A stretch of 45,968 nucleotides of DNA, filler included, from Jimgerdemannia flammicorona (lineage: Eukaryota): assembly GCA_003990765.1 (NCBI GenBank). It is 2 parts of 2 records of this genome, joined end to end, with 100 filler letters (N's around TTAATTAATTAA, not from the genome) between each part and the next. Parts side by side here need not be neighbours in the genome. Positions count along the whole stretch, not along the records: positions 1 to 22,937 come from RBNJ01001182.1; 1 more part is not named here. The stretch is one strand, 5' to 3'. The notes under the pieces are model-generated. The model had not been told where the DNA came from and searched no databases. It saw only the letters and a list, made by a program, of their open reading frames with translations. A program made the translations under genes and the position numbers. This document shows, piece after piece, positions 1 to 11,934 of the stretch (position 1 is the stretch's first letter; every line of letters begins with the position of its first letter).

Positions 1-500
1 GGGGGGGTCTGGGGGGCGCAACGGTATTTGTGATAAGTCCTTCTCACTGAGTACGTCTTTATGATATTCTTGTCTTTAATGAATATATAAAACATGATCA
101 ATACTAGTATATTTGTGTGATATATTGAGTGACATTATTTCTTCGGTATCGTCACCGCCATTTAGTATTGGGCAACCGATTAATCCTTTAAAGGTGATGC
201 GCAAATCGGAGCACAGTTATGCCGTAGTGTGTGATGGGAGACCCTACCTCAACATGGCTATGTCTCGCGCGAAGCAAGCAGAGAGTTTTATGGAAGCGAT
301 TCTCGGCGGCGGAACATGTGTACCGGGACGGGAAAGAGAGTGCCGATATTCGATGTGGAAGACTTTTTTTTCAATTAACGTGACCAAGGTAAAATATATC
401 GTTGTACCCATTTTTTTTTATATTTTATTTTAGTAATTCTATCAGAACGAGAGTGACGATTTCCGTCTGTATTGCAAATAAAAAGACGAAGGATACTGTT

Positions 501-538
<38 letters not shown>

Positions 539-1061
539 TGGACGTTAAAATGGGGTAGAATCGGGCTGGGGCGAAAGAAGTCATGTAGATGAGGTGCATA
601 CTGTTATAAGGAAAACTTGGATCAAATGGTTTGCCCATTGTCATGCCATTTGTATTGTCAAGCGGCGAAAACGGCGAAGACGATTTGGAAACGCAATTCA
701 AGCAGACCAAGTAGAACGCGGTTCATTGAATTTGCACAATAATGTCTCCGACACGGTTGATTACTTTCCATAAACAATTTGGTGTTGTGATGTATGCAGA
801 ATAGAGGATGTTATGATCCGTACAATTGGCGGTGTAGTTATGGAATTGCATCACTCGTGGTAGAGCGATTGCGCTTTGTTCTTTGCTTTGACAAAATACA
901 AGCCGCCGAAACAATCCGCACTTTTGTCAAGATTAAGATTTACTCAGTTCAGATTTATTAACCTTTCTTTGAGGCACTGATGAAAATTTGTTGCGCTCGA
1001 CAATCTTATCAGAACAGCGGTGCTCCTTTTTTAATCGACTCCCCCATAAATGTCGTATTCT

Positions 1062-1475
1062 TCAGTGATACTTTTTATCGAGAATTAAGACTATGTTGGA
1101 TGACCTTTGGTCTCCGCTTGCTACCGCCAAAACTGTATTCTCCGACATAGCTATATTACGTATGATCGGAACCTCCAGGGGAAGCACCTGCGGGTCAAGG
1201 CCTTGGCAACTCTTGCCCATGAGTAACGTCTTGAAAACGTCGAGTGATTCGTACTGCACAAATGCTCTCTCAACGGACACCACCGTCAAAATGGCCTCCA
1301 GCACGTCGGTCACGAGCACCTGTCCTAGCCGCAGATTCAAGTCCACCTTGGTTGCCCCTTTGTACGTCTGTGTCTCAAGCGGGTAGTCGCCGTTACCGAG
1401 CACGACGTAGTCGCCGGGTCCGGCCTTGGCCAGGACACTCAGGATATCGGGGTGGCCGAGTCCCGGTAGGAGCAT
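1062..1475 (-). CDS. RbsD/FucU-family (ribose pyranase / fucose mutarotase fold) protein, intronless, divergent active site
   Basis: 137-aa ORF. HPDILSVLAKAGPGDYVVLGNGDYP, VDLNLRLGQVLVTDVLEAIL and a C-terminal ASGDQR..NIVLIL follow the RbsD/FucU pattern and length. Confidence 0.75.
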   Translation of the reverse strand: MLLPGLGHPDILSVLAKAGPGDYVVLGNGDYPLETQTYKGATKVDLNLRLGQVLVTDVLEAILTVVSVERAFVQYESLDVFKTLLMGKSCQGLDPQVLPLEVPIIRNIAMSENTVLAVASGDQRSSNIVLILDKKYH

Positions 1476-4400
1476 GATGTGCGGAGAAAGGCTGGGCGTT
1501 GTGATGGATTTCTAATTTGGATGGATGGTACCGTAGATGTGACCTTTTTATTGTGGAGTTGGGATTTTACAATCAATCGTACTTAGCAATGCTCACCGGA
1601 TTATCACACCATTTATTCATCTATCCGAGCTTGATATATATAAACGCTGAATTAATAGCGGAGTAAAGATGCCATTTGCCAATAAGTGTTCATTTGCACA
1701 AAGCCACAGCCAGTCTTTGTTTTTTTCCGTTAATGCCCTACAATTGGTATATACTTAACTGTCACGCCAAACGTTGATATAAAGCCTTTAGAGGAATAAC
1801 TTCTTTCATAGCTATTCCCAGATTGTTGATCATGCGAAAGATGAGTTTACAAACCTTAACACTGATATCAACGAAAAAAATTGATCAGCTAAGGAATGTG
1901 GGCACAATAATGTGTTAAAATGGGGCAAATAAATAAAAGAAAAAATAAAGGCAATTAATATAGATGACGAGTGCTCGATTAATTATCAAAAACGTGATTT
2001 GGGAGTAACCATCTCAATTTGATGACCAACAACAATCACATTGTTCAGATCACTCCTCTGCACGGGCCCTGTCGCGTAGGCATGGAGGCCAGGACATGTC
2101 CTGGAAACCTCGCTCATCGCTCTCCAAAAGCCACGTTCTCTAAACAACGCCTCGAGGAAGGAGGAGCACTCGCCTCGCGCCAAGGTTAATTGTTGAGTCA
2201 TCGCCGAGAGTGCCGGCGCTATTGATATTTGCGCGTTGTGAAGAATCTTGGGCAATAGGGTATCAATATCGCGTGAGAATTGTAACTCACATCTGTCGAC
2301 CCACGGCGCGACACGTCAAAAATCTATATTGTGGGTAAAAAGAGGCCGTGAGAAACGCCCAAGGACGTTCGATCTCTCGGAGGGCCGAAAGTGTCCAGGC
2401 CTAAGTTGAATAAAACATAAAACATTCAGCCTCGACGGGACAAAAATTTTCATCGTCCCAACTACGCCTATGAATATAGTACCTTTTCAACATCATTCAT
2501 AATATTGACGATGGAGGAATTGGAAATTTTTATGAGCAACACGGCCGCATCGAGTTTTGGCGTCAAGTGGCCCTTGACGGGGCTGCATTTCCTAAACTTA
2601 CCTACACCGAAAATATGCACCAGTCAACTCGACTACAGAGATATATTTGTGGCTAACACCGACATACCCGCTGCCCGTCTGAGGCGACACGACGTTGTCG
2701 TCACCAGCAAGGCTCGTGAACGGGTATTGTGTGTTCTCAATGTTGGATGGTGCCCTCATACGGTTGGGCACCGAAAGTTCCTCCACGCCCGGCACCCAAG
2801 AATAGTCGTTGCTAGTATTCCTGTTAAGGAATTGTGAAGAGACTGTATCGCATCAGAGATGGGTCTGACACGCAACTTCCGTACCAGAATCCGCCGATCG
2901 TGGATTTTCAGCCTTCGAATCCCGCTGAAGTGGTTCACTTAGGCACCAATACTTTTAGTCGACCACAAGGTTGGTCTCGTGGGACACGACACAACCAACA
3001 GCTACGTCACACATTCTGTGAAAACTTTCTGCCGTCGTGATTCATTCACTGGCGCGTTTCATTTGTACTTAGCTCGGTATACTCGCTTAAAAGTGTCACC
3101 GACTCTCTTATATCGAACGGTCATGCGACATACAAAACAATATTAATATTTGCAATGACGAATTATTTTTTTACCACACTGATGATGGCTAATTCGTACG
3201 TGATCTTCCTTGTGGGGGGTTTTTTTTTTCCTTTTTGTTTCCTTTGCAACTTGAGTAACTAATATTGACCAAAGAAAACGTAATATCGCAAATGTCTTGT
3301 CTCGTTATGAGCTATGGGATGAGTTAAACGATATTCGAGCTTCTAATCACAAAAGGTGGGACTGTTGACTTCCTGAGGTAAACTGCTCCTCTCCGCACCG
3401 TCCCACAGACATATAGAACAATATTTCACTCTTCACCTTTTTGTCAGCTAACTCCTCCGTGGGCAAATGTTATATATATATATATATATTGCTTCATACA
3501 TTTATCCCATACCCCACTTCCATTTCCTGTGAGAATTAAGCTGGAGAAAATTTTGATAATGTCGCAAATTTTTATGATGCCTACAATGAAGTAATGGAAT
3601 CACACTCTAGAAACATCAACTTGTCGGTAAAGGATGTGTGATGTACGAAGAAATAATAAGGTTTGTACATGCAACTGTATCTAAATCGGATTCTAGCGCC
3701 CGCCTATATATATATATCGATTGGTGCGGAAATAATTGTTAAGTCCTGTGCGACTCCCCCGCATTTGTGAATGGCTCAAAATTGTATGTCACCTCCGGGA
3801 TTCGATCGGCGATATACCCGAAAGCGCGGAGACAAGGAAGAACACGCCACAGCGTCGCGTAGCTGCCATGAGACATCATAATTCGGAGTAAGATTTAGTC
3901 TTGCTCACGCGTAGTTATCTTCATTCGTTTCGAACGGAAATATAAAATTGTTGTTACCAGTGAATCGTAAATGTTCTCAAGAAACCACCGTATCTACTCA
4001 CCGTTGCAGGTAATTGGACACCGAACAGACGAGAAGCACGGCCAAGCATGTGTCAGTTCATTCGAAGCGCTTTCCAGAAATCCGTGCACGAACAACCAGA
4101 GCTAGTGGATGACTCACTGTAAAGGTCTTGATTTTAATTTGCGATTAGTAACAAGTCTTGGGAAGAATTGGAACTCTACCTCATGCCATAGCTTGTCGTT
4201 TGGTGCAACCAACGTCACTGGGCAAATAGAACGACGCAGCTCGAGTGTTTCCGACAGAACGTTTTTCAGTAACCACAAGCCATTATTAAACTGAAAATAA
4301 GAATGAAAGATCGCCTCCACACGATTTTCCACATAACTCATAAAACAAATATGGAATTCGCTATTCAACCACACAAATCAATAGCTAAATATCACAATAA

Positions 4401-5006
4401 TTCGAGCCTTCTAACGTTGTTGGATATGTCCTGGTTAATACGATATTATACTGCATTGGCTTATTTGGCGCGACTCTGTAGCACTAATTTCCGACTTTTC
4501 GATTCCGGAGACATTATTAACTGCGGAAAGATAGCAGACCCGAACGATCCCTCCAAGCCAATAAAAAATGCATAGCGAAAGAAAGGCCGCGTCACATACA
4601 GAACCCTTCTCTTTTAGCAAGTGTCACTGGAGCACAAGCAAGTCATCTAGTATACGTATTCCTTCAGCCTGTCTCCTACGTGAGTTCTACTTCAAAGAAT
4701 TTCGTGCCGAATGCATGAGATAGAAATAAGCTGTTTGAGCAATTGACACATAAGTGAACAAAGTTTTCGTGTACAATTCATATCAATTTCCGCTCTTCAC
4801 ACCACTCTCAATCTCCCAGCGGAGTGCAAAATTCGGAACGCTTTCTGAGCGACGGTATCGATTTTGAGATGGATCAATTACTCTTGTGTCTCGACGGACG
4901 CTACGTCCTTGCCATTTGATGTTACCACAGGTGACTGTTCCTTGAGCTTCACAAAACGAACGAAACGCATAAAAGGTGCCCTCGGATGCGAGATCATTTG
5001 CAAAAG

Positions 5007-6047
5007 ATGAAATCCATCCAACTCTTCGTAATTTCCGCCATCGGTCTCATCGGCCAAGTATCTGCCGAATATTGCTCAAGCAATGGTGTATATGCCTGCG
5101 TCAATCAAGGTGTCTCCCCCGACTACGAGATTTGCAATAATAATCAATGGGCTGTGATTACGGGACCTCCTGGGACAGTCTGCTGCAAAGTCGACAATGA
5201 CGTCAAGTTCCTTACAGGCGGGTTAGTTCTCAATGACCTTACTTTCAAAATGTTACATTGCTTGACTAAGCCGTGTTGAATGTTCTCACCTAGGTGTCTT
5301 GGATCAGCCACGACTACCCCTCCAACCACGACTACCCCTCCAACCCTACATCCACCTCGACGGTTGGACCCCAACCTATCGGGTAGGTTTTTTTTTTTTA
5401 ATAACCACACAATTACGACATGTTCACACCGATATCTAGAATCAAAAATTTAATGCTATCGAATATCATCTTGGTTAGAAAAACGCATTACGGTGACAAT
5501 GCAAAGTACCACATTTACGGAGCCGGATCACTCGGTGCCTGCGGATTCTCGGTCGACGATTGGTCCTACAACGCTGTGGCCGTGTCCCAAGCCTTCTTCA
5601 CCTCCGCCAACCCTAACAACGATCCGATTTGCAATACGTATCTTACTGTTGTGGCCACGAATGGAAAAACAATTCAGGTCAAAATTGTGGATAAAAAGAT
5701 GATTAGCGACCCCGATTGGTCAATCGACTTGAAGTGAGTTGTTCTTCTATTCATTGTATTGTATTTTCCCCTGAGGTCCTGAAAGATTCTAATTGGCTAC
5801 TTTGATATTTTTTTTCCATAGCGCTGTCGCATACGATGCTCTTGGCGGTAACCACGTTTCCCCTGGCAACATCCCCATGGATCACTATACTTTCAACTCT
5901 ATCGCTAGCGCTAGCGTAGTCCGCATCCAAATCAGCAACAGTACCGTAGATGCCAAGAAGGAGCCTCAAGGCAAACCCAAGACCAACGGCAAGCCTAAGA
6001 CCCACCGTAAACCTAAGCATGCCAAGACAAGGAGGGGCAGTCAATAG
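5007..6047 (+). CDS. Secreted protein: signal peptide, Cys-rich CBM-like module, T/P linker, RlpA-like DPBB (expansin/loosenin-like) domain and basic tail; 4 exons, apparent 1-nt frameshift in exon 2
   Basis: Signal MKSIQLFVISAIGLIGQVSA. Exons ~5007-5221, 5294-5382, 5479-5733, 5822-6047 with GT..AG introns (gttagt, gtaggt, gtgagt donors). DPBB motifs GACG, AVAVS, NPNNDPIC, VKIVDK, IDL(N)AVAYDAL. Confidence 0.75.
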
Positions 6048-6202
6048 ATTGAACAGAAGCAAGATTGTCAAGGCTGTTTTTAACACACCAATAATGATGC
6101 TTCTTCACCTACTTGCGTACTTTTTTACTGTCTTAGAAAAGAATTAGCAAAGCCCTACTCCAAGTAAATCTTTAATAATAAATGATGTTAAGCCTGTGCA
6201 TT

Positions 6203-6287
<85 letters not shown>

Positions 6288-6705
6288 ATATCTCGATGAA
6301 CCTAAAACAACCACATTCACGCGATATCAAGATTCATAACAAGAGAGCCTGTTATTTGATTTCATTGCCGACAGTTCTGCCTCACAGGATACGCAAACGG
6401 GATCTAAGACCCTATTTTATACTGCGTATAATTGGGCGTAATGTTAACTTCGCTAAGTAATATTTCACCTTTCAAAATAATGACGAAATTTCTGTTACGG
6501 TTGACATCGTTCATCCAGGGTAGATGCAAATGCCCAAAGTTGGTGGTGTCATTAAAATCTGGATCAACCAGACAGCTACGATTCATTATACTTGCATGCT
6601 TGATGCGAGGAGCTATTATCAACATAACTATTATATTATATATATAATTTACAGGGTGATGTGATTAAAAATAATAAAAACTAAAATGAACAAAGTTCAA
6701 TCGGG

Positions 6706-8142
6706 TTAAACCAACACCGAGAAATACACGGCCATCACAGGAACCATAAGAGATATCGCACAAATGGCGTAAATCCCAACCTCCGTCTGTTTGCTCCGTA
6801 CCTCGTCGAGATCATGTTCACTTGAGGGAGTACATGCGCCCAACTTCTTAACAATACTTTCGGTAGCAGGGTCGACCGTCTGAGTGAATACGGACAGCTG
6901 CGCCTTCGTGAAGTATTGGCTGCGGGAGGCAACGACCGGTTTGGTGGCGCCGCTCTGTCTAGTTGAGTATTCTTTCAACCTCTCGGCGACATACATGCTT
7001 GTTTCGTCAGAAATAATGTTATTCTCCAATGGCAACGGCGAGCGTGCAAGGGTCTGAATTTGCGAAAGCACCTTCTTCATGGTTGGGCGTTTCGCTGGCT
7101 CGAGGTTCCAACAATCATTAATGATACGCTGATAGGCATCTGGCACACCGGGCACTGGATCCTCCCTCAACCCGTCCTCTCGAGAAATACGCCCCGCCGT
7201 CCCCCTCGGTGGCGCACGATTTACGAGTTGCCACATCAAGGTCCCAACGCAATAAACGTCCGACGCCTTGGTGTATGGCACGCCTTTAAATGTCTCGGGT
7301 GGGAAGTATTCTACCCGACCGTAAATTCCTTGGTGCTCAGTGTTTTCATCGGAGGAGGAGGCCACGGAGCGGGCGACGGCCTGGCCTATACCGATATCGA
7401 TGACGTGGATATCCTGGCTCTCGTAGGCGCCGAGTACAAAGTTGCTCGGGTGGAGATTGTTGTGCGTGACGCCCACCTCGTGAATAGATGAAACGGCGGC
7501 GCAGATATCACGGGCTTGGCGGAAAATGTCATGCCAGGAGTTGGGAGCGGTGTGGATGAGAGCGTCTTCCAGGCTGCCCGCGCAACCGTACTTGGTGACC
7601 ATGAGATAGTTTCTATTGTCGGGGTGGCAGGTGATGCCAATGAGGGTGGAGCGGAACCCATTGGAACAGAGGAGCACGGCGTTCAGTACGAGCTGTAAAT
7701 AGGAGGCGGGTTTCTTTAGAGGAGAAAGGGTTGGCCCAAATTTCACAAAACAATATTTATGGCTGGACTCGTATAGTAGGATTTGAGGAAACGTGAAGAA
7801 CCAGTGACTATAGTTTGCTCTCACCTCACGAAAAATTGACGTATCCATTTCTTTAAGGGCGAATATTTCGTCTTTTTTTCCATTGTGTCCCCGAAGAGCG
7901 GCCTTCCAAACCGTCCCGAAAGCACTGTACCCTTTCTTTTCGACACCTGTGAAGCTTTCGAACGGAATCCAAACCAAGAAATTCGCCAGTTCGGATAAAC
8001 TCATGCTATCAAGATGCATCTTGAGGTACTCGTCGAAAGGGAACACGAGCTTGCGGCGAGCGATGCCGAATTTGAGGGTACGGTCCAGCCGATCGAACGG
8101 CGTCAACAGCGATTTGAGTTCTTCGACAAGGGCTTCGGTCAT
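6706..8142 (-). CDS. Tyrosine-kinase-like protein kinase domain protein (probable pseudokinase) with C-terminal hydrophobic helix; 5' end uncertain
   Basis: Motifs WIPFESF, GYSAFGTVWKA, FALKEM, THNNLHPSN, IDIG, YGRVEYFPPE, SDVYCVG, CWNLEPAKRPTM. Likely in-frame 132-nt GT..AG intron at 7693-7824. Upstream exons to ~8480 are possible. Confidence 0.85.
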   Translation of the reverse strand: MTEALVEELKSLLTPFDRLDRTLKFGIARRKLVFPFDEYLKMHLDSMSLSELANFLVWIPFESFTGVEKKGYSAFGTVWKAALRGHNGKKDEIFALKEMDTSIFREVRANYSHWFFTFPQILLYESSHKYCFVKFGPTLSPLKKPASYLQLVLNAVLLCSNGFRSTLIGITCHPDNRNYLMVTKYGCAGSLEDALIHTAPNSWHDIFRQARDICAAVSSIHEVGVTHNNLHPSNFVLGAYESQDIHVIDIGIGQAVARSVASSSDENTEHQGIYGRVEYFPPETFKGVPYTKASDVYCVGTLMWQLVNRAPPRGTAGRISREDGLREDPVPGVPDAYQRIINDCWNLEPAKRPTMKKVLSQIQTLARSPLPLENNIISDETSMYVAERLKEYSTRQSGATKPVVASRSQYFTKAQLSVFTQTVDPATESIVKKLGACTPSSEHDLDEVRSKQTEVGIYAICAISLMVPVMAVYFSVLV

Positions 8143-9040
8143 TGTTATGAACGGAGGAGATGACGGTAAAAAGGAGAGGGACGGTGAGTGCAAGATCCTG
8201 GCTAAAGATGCCGTGGACTCTAGTGGTGGGAATATTATAATGGTGGGCAGGGTTTACGTTTGTAAACGGGACCCACCACCTTGACAATGCACGAGGTCAA
8301 ATTTGGTAGTCGCCTGGTGGTGGCCGATCCCCCACATGGCGTTATGCCTAAAATGACAGCTCTGACCGTGAGTTTGCGTACCATTGCAAAAGTAAATGGC
8401 GACGCATAGGGCTTTCGCCGTACCACAATGGTCAAAACGGACATGCACACGAATGTCGATTGTCCAGGAGTAGCCATTATGACTTGATGTGAAGTTGACA
8501 AGTGACCAAAACCGTTAATTTCATGGAAAATCCTTACAAGGATTTCATATTTTAAGGAAGAAAAATAAATTTACGGAAATCCGTTTCTCAGAAGAACCCG
8601 TAGGAAGACTATTCTCAGGACTGGTTCCGTATGCTTGATTCTCTCCACATGCTCGGCAAGGCACGCGAGGTCATGATCAAATGAGAAATGTACGTACACC
8701 GGGTTCATGTAATCGAATCGATAAGTCTGATAAACGCGCACATATTCTATGATAGACAATTTTGACGGACTTAAAAGGTTGCATGTCACAAGTGACGTGA
8801 CATCGCCGAAAGATATCATATTTTAATATGTCAGAGATGTTGGAATTAACGAGGGTCCCTTGCTGAAAACCCTTCACACCATCACGACGTTGAAGAGGAT
8901 GAACAATGGGGTTACCCAATTTGATCGACTGATGGAAATGAATGAGAGCAGATAGAAGATATATTGCTTTGCGATTTGTATGTGGAGTCCCCAATGAGTT
9001 GAGGGTGCCTAACTATTATTATTTGCGACAAATACGACTC

Positions 9041-9085
<45 letters not shown>

Positions 9086-9885
9086 GATTTATTGATAGGC
9101 CACCCGCCTTCTTTCCCGTTTGCGACGAGTATCAGGAAATCCCTCATTCCGTTTTTTTGCTTGAATAACTCTTCCAAGACTCGATACTTTGTCTTTCGAT
9201 AATGTAACGACTAACGTAAACTATCAACGTGCTCGCTTCCTCGTATAGCGCGTCGTCACACTTCATCCAATTGGGAAATCTATCATGCCTGGAATATCGG
9301 TGACAACCAATCAACCTGTGGACTGTATTGTGTCCTCGTCGATTTCTACTCTAAACGGCGTTTATGCAACCTTAAAATTCGGCCGACTCATATCCTGAAA
9401 CCGGTGAACCTGGATGTGGTCGAGAATAGCCCAGGCTTTTCCTTTTGTGCCTGCAGATCTCAATGTAATCCGTCGATTCCTACATAATCCATGTGCGATA
9501 TTCGAAACTTACCATACCGAAATCCAAACTCGTGCTGTGTGGCGTATATGGGAACCAGTCCAGTAATAGATCGACCGCGAGGAGCTATTTATAATTTGAA
9601 CTTGTATCACAGCAATTAATCATGAATGGTACGATGCTAGGAACTTAGCAGTTTAAAAGATTCGATTTTTTTTTGGTATATCATAGAAGAGCATACAGAT
9701 TGTAATCATACTACTAACGAGTGCATAGCATAGGGATGGAATGGTGTAGCATAGACGAAACAAAAACGCGAAACAGCAAAAAGTAATAACGAAGATATCG
9801 GTTGCGATAGTTAATCACCAATAAAAAAAAAAAAAAAAAAATACATGCGATATGTTCGACAAATTGAAAATTCCCATGCCGTGCT

Positions 9886-11934
9886 TCAAATCAATACAGC
9901 GTTTGGTATGAGAAATGGCTCCAAAGCGATCCGAGGCCTCTTCAACAAATTCAGCTTTGTGTCTATATTTTCCCGTGCAATAAACCTTCGCAAGCTCTTC
10001 GTATATGCTACGACGTACTCCTGCCCAGAAGAATACTCCTTTGTTCCTTCAAAGATCCTCAGCGCATTGACCAACCAAATTCGGTTTTCTTCTCTGATCT
10101 CCTGATCCTCGGATTCCGTAAGCCTGGCATGTGCGTTGCACGAAATTGGCAATTCAGTCAGAGGGAAAGCCAACCCACTAGAACACACGGAAAGCTTCAC
10201 ATATTCGCCGATCAGGCGGGTTGTCATTATAGCTGCATCGGAACAGGCACGTTCGGCGCGCTGCTGAAGACCTGGTGGTAATGACGATGAATTGGGGTGG
10301 ACGGATGGAAGGAACGGAAGGTATAGATCGACGAGGGAGCAGAGTTGCTGGATCTGAACGTGGACGGTGGAAATGAGCGAGGAGCGTGTTTGGTAAGGTA
10401 TGGCTTCGGTGGTAAAGTCCGGGATACGGAATTTCGGTGGCATCTCAGCTTCCAAGCGTGCAAAAGCGTCAGCAAACCGGTCGAGGTCTTCCGCTGTCGG
10501 GATTATATCTTTGTGACTGTACCATGCCTCGAGGACGTCACGGGTGATAGCCGAATTCTTGCCCAGATAAAGATACTCTTGGAGGAACTGCAGCCTGTCC
10601 GCTGACATGTTCGTTGCGCGGATCGTGACTCCCAGAAGATTAAGGCGAACGTCTTCTGGTGTGGTGCGGGCCGGGATTTTAGCGAGAGCAGCAAGACCCA
10701 GATCTGCGTTGACACACATATTCCATTTAATTGCTTTCACGAGCTCGTCGGCATCAACAACGGCGTTAGAGGGGCATTGTTGCATGGCCTTGTGGTAGCC
10801 CAACTCGGTCGCGACGCTGATGGCCATGTCAAGCCATTTCGAGGCCTGCTTATAATCGCCACGATTTATAGCGCACCGGGACATAATGCGAAAGGTGTCC
10901 ACTGTGTCAGCGTTTAGGCTAACTAACTCAGATCCGAGGATTTGGTCGAAGGTGATATCACGGGCCTTTTCGGAATATCTCTTGGAACAATCGGCAGTAA
11001 AATATTCAAGGCAGAAGGTCGCAGGTAGTCCTATTGCGGTATAGTCGATGTGATGCGTGAGGAAATGCTCGGCGAAGTAAGCGCCAACTGCATATGTCAG
11101 AGCTTTGTGTTGAAAGTCTTGGAGTCCTTGGGTGTAGTCATGCTTGAGAAACCTTTCGTTCAAAAATTTGCGCGCCAAGGGTGGGCAATCGTTAATGTGC
11201 AGTAGAATGAGATTCAAAAGACGCTCCTCGAAATCCACGGTTACTGGGAAGCTAGACCCCTGATGGATCGGAATGGGGACGTGCTTGTAAAATCCGAACA
11301 AAAGCGTCTTTTCGTAGATCGGATATTGTCGGGGGAGAGGCGATTTTATCATCATTGCTCGGGTTCCCACAGGCTGAGGTATGGTTGTAGGCGCGCGGTG
11401 AATTGTGGTGGGTCGGACAGTGCGTGCCAGAAATTCGTATAGCTGGAGACTACTTGAAATGTCCGTCTGAATCTGCATCCCGTCTTTGGCCAGTTTTATA
11501 GTCCACATCTCGCAATTGGTGCCAGAATTGTAAGCAGCTACATCGGAGTTAAAATGAATCTGTTGGTCGCCTTCACCGGCCTCAGAATACGAAACGCTCT
11601 GATCTTTGTTCAAGATGTCGGAAGAGACTGCAATTTGGCGTTTCGTCTCTCCAATCTCACCATTCATCCTGTCCATCATCTGCTCCAACTCCTCCAGGTC
11701 ATCCACAATCCCCTCTGCCATAATAATAGAATCCTCCCTCCGCGCGACCTCCTTCGGACTTAGGTAGATGCACTCGGCGCCGGATCGTCGGCACCGTCGG
11801 CATGGCGCTTTACCGTTGCACTTGGCTCTTCTACTGCGACACCTACAGCAAGCTTCGGCCGATCGTCCTTCCATTTTGGCTGGATCCCAGACCATCTGAA
11901 AGTCACGGTAGGCAGAATTGTTCTTACGTGGCAT
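9886..11934 (-). CDS. Zn(II)2Cys6 fungal transcription factor with coiled-coil and fungal TF middle-homology-like region
   Basis: 682-aa uninterrupted ORF. ACCRCRSRRAKCNGKAPCRRCRRSGAECIY is a binuclear zinc cluster, followed by LEELEQMMDRM heptads and later DMAISVATELGYH. Confidence 0.92.
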   Translation of the reverse strand: MPRKNNSAYRDFQMVWDPAKMEGRSAEACCRCRSRRAKCNGKAPCRRCRRSGAECIYLSPKEVARREDSIIMAEGIVDDLEELEQMMDRMNGEIGETKRQIAVSSDILNKDQSVSYSEAGEGDQQIHFNSDVAAYNSGTNCEMWTIKLAKDGMQIQTDISSSLQLYEFLARTVRPTTIHRAPTTIPQPVGTRAMMIKSPLPRQYPIYEKTLLFGFYKHVPIPIHQGSSFPVTVDFEERLLNLILLHINDCPPLARKFLNERFLKHDYTQGLQDFQHKALTYAVGAYFAEHFLTHHIDYTAIGLPATFCLEYFTADCSKRYSEKARDITFDQILGSELVSLNADTVDTFRIMSRCAINRGDYKQASKWLDMAISVATELGYHKAMQQCPSNAVVDADELVKAIKWNMCVNADLGLAALAKIPARTTPEDVRLNLLGVTIRATNMSADRLQFLQEYLYLGKNSAITRDVLEAWYSHKDIIPTAEDLDRFADAFARLEAEMPPKFRIPDFTTEAIPYQTRSSLISTVHVQIQQLCSLVDLYLPFLPSVHPNSSSLPPGLQQRAERACSDAAIMTTRLIGEYVKLSVCSSGLAFPLTELPISCNAHARLTESEDQEIREENRIWLVNALRIFEGTKEYSSGQEYVVAYTKSLRRFIARENIDTKLNLLKRPRIALEPFLIPNAVLI

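Noticed and set aside
1986..3040. Short ORFs that might be exons of a minus-strand gene
   Set aside because: No recognisable motif or consistent exon chain.
6182..6460. Poly-Lys ORF (and poly-Phe ORFs at 375-710, 8942-9202)
   Set aside because: Translations of A/T homopolymer runs.
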